Of a DNA stretch of 64,000 bases, positions 54,925-64,000 are shown one piece after another. The translations under genes were made by a program, and so were the position numbers. The DNA lies in the NCBI RefSeq assembly GCF_009914755.1, contig NC_060934.1; one strand, written 5' to 3'. The stretch comes from the human T2T-CHM13v2.0 reference genome, Homo sapiens. The stretch's first letter is position 1; each line of letters begins with the position of its first letter. The notes under the pieces were generated by a model, which was not told the DNA's origin, did not search any database, and saw only the letters and a list, made by a program, of their open reading frames with translations.

Positions 54925-57831
54925 ACTTTTTAAAGTCAAACTTTATTCTTTAGAGGAGTTTTAGATTTACAGCAAAACTGAGCAGAAGGCATAAAGAGTT
55001 CCCATAAACTCTCATCTCTGACACAGCTACAGCCTCCTCCAATATCAACATCCCCCACTAGGGTAGTACATTTATTGTACTGATGAACCTACATTGACAA
55101 TGTCATTATCACCCAGCGTCCATAGTTCCCATTAGGCTTCACTCTTGGTGTTATATATTCCATGGGTTTGGATAAATCTATAATGACGTACATCCACCAT
55201 TATGGTATTAGACAGAGTAGTTTCATTGCTATAAAAATAGTTTGTGTTCTATTAATCCTGCAAATGCCTAAACACCACTGATGTTTTCACTGCCTTAGTT
55301 TTGTATTATCCAGAATATCATATACTTGGAATCATATAGAATGTAGTCTTTTCGATTGTCTTCTTTCACTTAGTAATGTGCACTTATAGATCCTCCATGT
55401 CTCTTCATGGCTTGGAAACTCATTGCTTTTTAGTGCGGAATAAAGTTCCATTGTCTGGATATACTACAGTTTATTTACTCATTCTACTGAAGTACAACTT
55501 GGTGGTTTCCAAGTTTTGGCAATTATGAACAAAATTGCTATAAATATCCATGTGTATGTTTTTGTGTGAACATAAATTTTCAACTATGGATCATATGTAA
55601 TAGTATGTTTATTTTTGTAGAAAATTGCCAAACTGTATTCTGAAATTGCTGCACCCATTTTCATTCCCACTAGCAATGAAGGAGTTTTCCTGTTGCTCCA
55701 CATCCTTGACAGCATTGGTGGTCTCAGTATCTGGATTTTGGCCATTCTAATAGACATGTAGTGATATCACCTTGTTGTTTTAATTTGCATTTCCTTGATG
55801 ACATATGATACAGAAAATCTTTTAATATACTTATTAATCATCTATTTTCTTTGATAATGTGTCTGTTAAGTCTTTGGCCCAGTTAATAATCAGGTTGCTT
55901 GTTTTCTTTTTGTTGAGTTTTAAGCATCCTTTGTACATTTTGGTATTAGTCCTTTAGCAGATATGTTTTGTTTTGCAAATATTTTCTCTCAGTCTGTGAC
56001 TTGTCTTCTCATTCTCTTGAAAATTTCTTTTGCAGGACAGAAAATTTTAATTTTAATGAAGTTCAGCTTAGCAATTCTTTCTTTCATGGATTGTGCCTTT
56101 TGTATTGTCTCTAAAAAGTCATTGCCAAACCCAAGGTCATCTATATTTTCCCATATGCTATCTTCTAGGTGTTTGGTAGTTTCACATCTTACACTTCTGT
56201 TTATAATCTATTTTGAGTTAATTTTTGTGAAGTGTGGAAATTGTGTGTCTAGGTCTTTTTTTTTTTTTTTTAACATGTGCATGTCTGGTTCATCTGGCAT
56301 CATTTGCTGGAGGAAAAAAAACAAAACCCTGTATTTTCTCCATGGTATTGCCTTTGACTCTTTATCAAAGATCAGTTGACCATATTTATGTAGGTCTATT
56401 TCTGGGTGCTTCTATTTTGTTCCATTGACCAGTTTGTCTGTTGTTTTGTCCATGCCACATGGTCTTGCTTAATGTAGTTTTATAGTAAGTCTTGAATTCT
56501 GATACTGTCACTTGTCTGACTTTATTCTCGTTTTTCAATATTTTGTTAGCTATTCTGGTCTTTTGCCTCTGTATAAACTTTAGAATCAGTTTGTCAATAT
56601 CCACAAAACGACTTGATGGGATTTTTATTGAAGTTGCATTGAATCTCTAGATCACGTTGGGAAGAACTCATCTTGACAATATTGTCTTCCTATCCATTTT
56701 TAGTTCTTTGATGTCTTTTATCAGAATTTTATAGTTTTCCTCATATAGGTCTTGTACATATTTTGTTAGATTTATAATTAAGTATTGTATCTTTTGAGGC
56801 TAATGTAAATGGTAGTGTGTTTTTAATGTCAAATCCTACTTGTTCATTGTTGGCATATAGGAAAGCAATTGACTTCTGTATGTTAACCTTGTATTCTGCA
56901 AACTTGTTATCATTACTTTTTAGTTCCAGAAGGTTTTGTTGTTTTTGTTTTTGTTTTGCTTTTCTACATAATCATGTCCTCTATCAAAAAAGACAGTTTG
57001 AATTCTATCTTCCCAACTGTATAGATTTTATTTCTTTTACTTGTCTTATTGCATTAGCTAGGATTTCCAGTACAATGTGGAAAAGCAGTGGCGAAATGTA
57101 GCATTCTTGCCTTGTTCCTGATCTTAGCAAGACCTCAGTCTATACTGTTATCAGTAGCTTCTACTTTGTCATCATTAAATAGGATGTTAGCTGTATATTT
57201 TTTTGTAGATAAGTCCTAGTTTACTGAGAGGTTTTTTCATGAATGAGTGTTAGGTTTTGTCAAATGCTTTTTCTGTATCTATTGATATAGTCATGTAACT
57301 TTTCTTCTTCAGTCTGTTGAGATATTGGATTATATTAATTGATTTTCAAATGTTCCATCAACCTTGCATAACTGGGATAAATCCCACTTGGTCCTGGTAT
57401 GTAATTTTTCAAATACATTTTGAGTTTGATTTGCCAATGCCCCGCTTATCTCTGATAACTTTCCTTGCTCTGAAATCTGCTGTATCTGAAATTAATATAG
57501 CTACTTCTACTTTTTTTTCATTAGTGTTAGCATGGTTTATCTTTCCACATCCACTTATTTTTAATCAATATATGTCTTTATATTTAAAATGGGTAGCATA
57601 TAGTTGGTTATTGTTTTCTGATCCACTCTGACAATCTCTGTCTTTTAATTGGTATATTTCAATTATTAGTGTTCAGTGATTATTGATATAGCTAGATTAA
57701 TATCTACTGTCTTCATTACTGTTTTATATTTGCTGCCATTATTCTTTGTTCCTATTTTTGTCTTCTTCTGTTTTTATGCTTATTTTGGCTTTAATTGAGT
57801 ATTTCACATGATTCCATTTTTTCTTTCTCAT

Positions 57832-57874
<43 letters not shown>

Positions 57875-58705
57875 TTATATTTTGTTGTTGCCCGTGAGTT
57901 CACAGTATGCATTTACAACTAATCCAAATATACTTCTTTGTGGGTAGTGTAAGTGCCTTATAATAACAAAATAATTCGAATTCCTCCCTTCCATCCCTTG
58001 TATCATCACTGTTTTCATTTCACTTATACATTTTATTTATGCATAAGGATACATAAGTATATACACATATATGTAATTATGGTTATTATAACTTATAAAT
58101 AATATATTAGTATATATAAATTATGTAGGAGTACGTATTATGTATGTATAACTATATTGCACATATGTCATTATATATAATTTGCATATAATTATATATA
58201 ATATAGTTATATATTTTAATTTATAAAACACACATAAAAACACATGTAATTGAACACATTGTTTCCATTATTATTTTGAATAATCTAGTGTCTGTTCACT
58301 CAATTAAAAATAAGAAAAATAAAAGTTTATATTTTACCTTCTTCTTTCTCCAGTGTTCTTCTTTTTTTATGTTGTTCCAAGTTTCTGACATATATTATTT
58401 TTCTTCTCTTTAAATAACTTCTTTCAATGTTTTTTTTTGCTGGGCAAGTCTACTGGCAACAGATTTCCTCAAGTTTTGTTTGTCTGAAAAGTCTTTATTT
58501 CTCCTTCACTTTTGAAAGCAAATTTTTCAGGGTACTGAATTCTAGTTTGGTAGTTATTTTGCCCTCAATAATCTAAATATTTCACTCCACTCTCCTATTG
58601 CTTGTGTGGTTTCTGAGGATGAGTCAGATGTTATTCTTGTCTTTGCTCCTTGGTAGATAAGGTATTTGTTTCCTCTGATATCTTTCAGAATTTCTTTTTT
58701 ATCAG
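54925..58705 (-). mobile_element. L1MC1/2-like element, about 3.8 kb, internally deleted
   Basis: L1MC 3' end (TTAGATTTACAGCAAAACTGAGCAGAAGG, GATGAACCTACATTGACA); ORF2 peptide DIDKLILKFI...FKTYYKTT. Confidence 0.88.
57836..57872. repeat. (AT)n microsatellite
   Basis: Perfect dinucleotide run of about 18 units. Confidence 0.92.
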
Positions 58706-58716
58706 ATACCAAATAG

Positions 58717-58887
<171 letters not shown>

Positions 58888-59655
58888 TAAAAGATAAAAT
58901 TGGGTGAACGATGCAGTCACCTACTAGTTATGTGTGGAAGGATTCCATGAGGACCTATTTACCCATCAAAACATAGTTTTCTTGCTGGCCTTCTTATTGC
59001 CTGGTACCCTGTCTGGTCTATTATTCTAATAATCAGAGTCTGAAATAACAAAGTGATCAGACATTATTAAAGTACTCTTAGATTAGCTTGTCTTGTTAAC
59101 TCTTCTTGAAATGGGGGAATTTGAGGGTATAATGCATGCAAGAAAAATATTTTCATGGTTACAATCATATTTGTTGTATTTTTCTGATACAAACTACTCT
59201 TAGCAAAAATGTGTTTGGTTAGCTTATGTTACTTGCCAAGATTAACTTACCCAGGAAGCATATCCCTGTGGCTCATGGAGAATTAGAAAACAGTGAAGAA
59301 TCATCTATTGCCTTTGCTTATATTAATGGGAAATGGACATGAAATCATTCTTAGGGACTTTCCTGGCATAGACAGCCCTAAACTCCAGTTTCAACTCAGC
59401 CCACTATCTCATATTTCATCCTTTCAAAGGCTTTTTTTCTCTTTTCTGCCAATTTTTATGCTGTTTTCAGATTGTCAATTTACTGATGGCCAAAACTCAT
59501 CATTATCCCTTTCATTTCCAGAGGTCTAAGATAATAAGCTTTTAATTCCAATTCTAGACAGATGTCTATAAGATATACAGCAACATTGGCTTTTCATTTA
59601 ATAGTACAAATTACTTCGAATCGCATCTTCATTTTCCTCTTGTTATTGGTACTAC

Positions 59656-60873
59656 TGTGTCTGGAATTGGTGGGTTCTTGGTCTCACTGACTTCAAGAAT
59701 GAAGCCCTGGACCCTCACGGTGTGTGTTACAGCTCTTAAGGTGGTGTGTCTGGAGTCTGTCCCTTCTGATGTTCAGATGTGTTCGGAGTTTCTTCCTTCT
59801 GGTGGGTTCGTGGTCTCGCTGGCTCACGAGTGAAGCTGCAGACCTTTGCGGTGAGTGTTACAGCTCTTAAGGCAGCGCGTCTGGAGTTGTTCGTTCCTCC
59901 CAGTGGGCTCGTGATCTCGCTGGGCTCAGGAGTGAAGCGCAGATCTTCGCGGTGAGTGTTACAGCTCATAAAAGCAGTGTGGACCCAAAGAGTGAGCAGT
60001 AGCAAGATTTATTGCAAAGAGCGAAAGAACAAAGCTCCCACGGTGTAAAAGGGGACCCGAGTGGGTTGCCAATGCTGGCTGGGGCAGTCTGCTTTTATTC
60101 TCTTATCTGGCCCCACCCACATCCTGCTGATTGGTAGAGCCGAGTGGCCTGTTTTGTCAGGGCGCTGACTGGTGTATTTACAATCCCTGAGCTAGATATA
60201 AAGACTCTCCACATCTCCACCAGACTCAGGAGCCCAGCTGGCTTCACGTAGTGGATCCCACACCAGGGCTGCAGGTGGAGCTGCCAGCCAGTCCCGCGCC
60301 GTGCGCTCGCATTCCTCAGCCCTTGGGTGGTCGATGGGACTGGGTGTCGTGGAGCAGGGGGTGGTGCTCGTTGGGGAGGCTCAGGCTGCACAGGAGCCCA
60401 TGGAGTGGGTGGGAGGCTCAGGCATGGCGGGCTGCAGGTCCCCAGCCCTGCCCCGCGGGAAGGCAGCTAAGGCTCGGTGAGAAATCGAGTGCAGTGCGGG
60501 TGGGCTGGCACTGCTGGGGGACCCATACACCCTCCGCAGCCACTGGCCCTGGTGCTAAGTCCCTTATTGCCTGGGGCCAGCAGGGCTGCCTGGCTGCTCC
60601 GAGCGCGGGGCCGCCAAGCCCACGCCCACCCGGAACTCCAGCTGGCCCGCAAGCGCCGCACGCAGCCCCGGTTCCCGTTCACGCCTGTCCCTCCACACCT
60701 CCCTGCAAGCTGAAGGAGTGGGCTGCAGCCTTGGCCAGCCCAGAAAAGGGCTCCCACAGTGCAGTGGGCGGGCTGAAGGGCTCCTCAAATGCCACCAAAG
60801 TGGGAACCCAGGCAGGGGAGGTGCCGAGAGCAAGCGCGGGCTCTGAGGACTGCCAGCACGCTGTCACCTCTCA
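59656..60873 (-). mobile_element. LTR12C-type solo LTR (ERV9)
   Basis: Minus strand starts TGAGAGGTGACAGCGTGCTGGCAGTCC and ends ACCAATTCCAGACACA; GC/CpG-rich U3; U5 repeats; perfect 4-bp TSD CTAC at 59652-59655 and 60874-60877. Confidence 0.96.
60060..60180 (-). promoter_or_regulatory. LTR12 core promoter region (CCAAT box and AATAAAA TATA-like element)
   Basis: Minus-strand CCAAT at 60130-60134 and AATAAAA at 60093-60099, in the usual ERV9 LTR arrangement; activity not shown. Confidence 0.55.
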
Positions 60874-61532
60874 CTACTAGAAATCAGGTATATTACAGAT
60901 AAAAGCAGGTCTTTGGAAAAGATTTTGGATGCAACAGTGTTTGGTGGGGTGATATGAGTCCTGTTGTGAACTAAGTAAGGTCATTAAAAACAGGTGACAG
61001 ACAACTACATTTAGACTGAATACTTCTAAGGAATCAAACTAAGAATAAACGTCCATAAGCTGCCCCATTCTTGGGCATAAGATAGCACTATACATACATA
61101 CATAATTTTTAAGAACAACAATTAACAAATAGTGTTACATTTGTTCTATGCCTGTTAGATATACTGTAAAGCAAGTATGGTTCTTGCAGGCAAGAACCAT
61201 ATGTCGTATTCATTTTGAATCTTGCATGCCTAGTAAAGAACCTTGTACATGGTTGGTCTGAATACATGCTTAACTAAATAAATTAAGGAAAGAAATTATG
61301 TGTGAAATTCAAATAAAACTTTATTGCTTTTAGAGTCAGAATGGTGTAATTAAATAATGTTAAGTACTAACACGTTGAAGTGGTATTTCACTTTGAGAAA
61401 AAAATTATTTCAGTTAGCTGATTTGGAAACTGCATGTTTCCTTCTAGCAAGGTGAAGTAGAGGCTTAGGTAACAAGAGGTGGAGTCTTTTCACAACCCAA
61501 CTAAATAAATTATAATAATATAAATAATTTAG

Positions 61533-61869
<337 letters not shown>

Positions 61870-63159
61870 ATTGCCATGATTTTAAACTCAGTTTACCTGG
61901 GTAAACACAGTCTTATTTTGCTCACCAACTTAGTTTGGCCTACTTTTATATTTGTCATCATTTTTCCACTGCTACCAGCAAACATTTATTGTGTGCTTAC
62001 TGTGTACAAAGTAGTTTCATACTCTGATGTTAGTATAGAAAATGCATCCCACTCAGAAAGTTTACCATGTGGACATAATTTAAAATAAAATAAAAGCATG
62101 GAGTAGCTTTTTGACAATTTATTTGTGATATAAAAATTTTGAAAAGACTAAAAATGTTAGGGGCAAAAGGAAATGGTTATATAAATTGTTAAATTAACTT
62201 GATGAAATATTTGAAGATACTCTAGCAACTTGGCCACCTACCATGATATTTAAGCTATTGTGATAACTATAAAACTGTTTGAGAATGGAGGAGAATAGTC
62301 AAGGAAGACAGGAAAAATGTACATAGTACTAGCCTGGTTGAAATAAGGGTGATCAATATTTCTTCTTAATTGCTTAAATGTTGAAACAGTTATATAGTTC
62401 AATGAAGGGTATGATATGTTGAGATATAACCTTAATCCTTAAAGAGCTTGGCTTATAACATAATTGCAGGGAGATAGTAAGTACAGTTTTGCATGGAAAA
62501 ATAACTGATGCCCTAGGATTTCTGTCATCAGAGTTGAAGGAATACCATGGACAATAAGAATTTCAGTTCCAACGTTTTTCTTCTATGCTGGCATTTCTAT
62601 CTTCTGAGATATTGACAGGATGGTCAATTCAGAGTCCATCAGACACAGGAAACATATTACATGAAGAATAGCATCCCTAGTGCATTACTCCGTCATTTCC
62701 AGCTCATTTAGTTTCCATCTACAAATCCATTTGGTGCTTCTATTAAACAGTGACTGATTTTCCAATTTAAACCACATTCATTCATATTTTATTTAGTTTT
62801 GCTTTGTTATAAAAATACTCTAGGATAAGACTTAATGATCACCACTAATTACATTTTTACAAAAATTTCACTTAATTCTTCTGAAGTTTACATTTGTATA
62901 GGGAATTGGGAACATCTCAATTCAGTTTATCTTCTGAATAATCGTGAGTAAACTATTCTGGATACAATATGACTGTAACGTTTTAGAAAGGGTCAATTTT
63001 CAAGTCTGTCCTTGATGCAAAGATTGGTATCCTATGACTGTGTATGGTTGGACCAGAAAGCTAGTGGATCAAGATCATTGGCTGTTTCTGTGTGGCCAAG
63101 TTAGGTTTGGAAATGTGCTCGTACTCTGTGCCCTGCTTATATGTTGTTGATCTTACTAA

Positions 63160-63545
63160 TGCTATGGGCTAAATTGTGTCCCCTAAAATGTATATGTTGA
63201 AGCCCTGACCCCCAATGTGATGGTCTTTGGAGATGGGTCCTTTGAGAGATAATTAGATTTAGATAAAGTCATGAAGTTGAGCCCTCATGATGGGATTAAT
63301 ATCCTTATTAGAAGAAACTCCAAAGTGCTTACCTCCTCTTTCTCTCCCAGCCAAGAGAGGACCAAGCAAGAAGGTGGCCGTCTATGAGCCAGGAAGAGAT
63401 TCCTTAACAGGAACCAATGATCATGCTGGCATCCTGATTTTCAAATTCCAGCCTCCAGAACCATGAAAAACAAACAAACAACAAACAAATTTCTATTGTT
63501 TAAGCCACCCAGTCTATGCTGTTTTGTTACAGCAGCCTGACTAAG
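63160..63545 (+). mobile_element. MLT1A-type MaLR solo LTR
   Basis: TGCTATGGGCTAAATTGTGTCCCC start, CCAGCCTCCAGAAC, and TTTAAGCCACCCAGTCTATG..GCAGCCTGACTAAG end. Confidence 0.88.
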
Positions 63546-64000
63546 TGTTAGGGTACCACATCCGTGGCTGAAGGTCATCTTCCAATGGCCAGTGTCTCTA
63601 ACTTGTTGTTTGAGGACTTTCTCTGAAACCAAAGGCAACTCAGCTTGAGGTCTTGAAAGTGTCAAGAAACTCACCAATGCATTCTCCACCCGCAGCAGCT
63701 CTCAACTACTGGCTGTAGCATTTGACTCCTGGATTCTGGAAAAGAACTCTAGGGGTGTATTCTGAATTGTTTATCACACCCGTTGGCACCTGGCTTCATG
63801 ACACAGCCTTTTGGGGCTGCTTTCTCTTTGTGGTCACATCCTTATTCCCTGAGAGAGGTTTCCTGTGTCTCTCAGATAAACTACCAGCACTTGATTTTTG
63901 CTCAGGGTCTGGCTTGTTGGAACACAAGACAACGCTGAAGGTCTTACTTTGTAAGGCATCTTGTTTATGTGATAGGATATAGCCAATTGCAGGGGGGAAA

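Noticed and set aside
59700-60000. Regularly spaced repeats (GTGTTACAGCTC...) resembling a CRISPR-like array
   Set aside because: These are the known U5 tandem repeats of LTR12; the DNA is primate and has no cas genes.
60095-60880. GC-rich ORFs up to 209 aa and a CpG-island-like signal as a gene promoter or first exon
   Set aside because: Fully explained by the GC-rich U3 region of LTR12C.

Overview
AT-rich primate genomic DNA, very probably human (it contains a near-pristine AluYa5-lineage element). It looks intronic or intergenic and is dominated by transposable-element fossils. These include about 20 Alus, L1PA/L1PB/L1M fragments (one is a 4.7-kb 5'-truncated L1PA), a near-full-length Tigger1, a near-full-length HSMAR2 nested in an MLT2 LTR, a piggyBac MITE, several MaLR/ERVL LTRs and a solo LTR12C. 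I found no intact protein-coding gene; nearly all ORFs in the supplied track are repeat-derived or chance. The one gene-derived sequence I recognise is missed by the ORF track: a 5'-truncated processed pseudogene of GSK3B (49538-50103) with an atypical, rearranged insertion site. Other notable items are a 5'-inverted (twin-priming-like) Alu inside one perfect TSD, a young inverted Alu pair, and a possible LTR12C-driven minus-strand spliced transcript. I see no convincing evidence of a new biological system. Repeat subfamily names come from remembered consensus sequences and should be confirmed with RepeatMasker/Dfam; boundaries of old elements are approximate.
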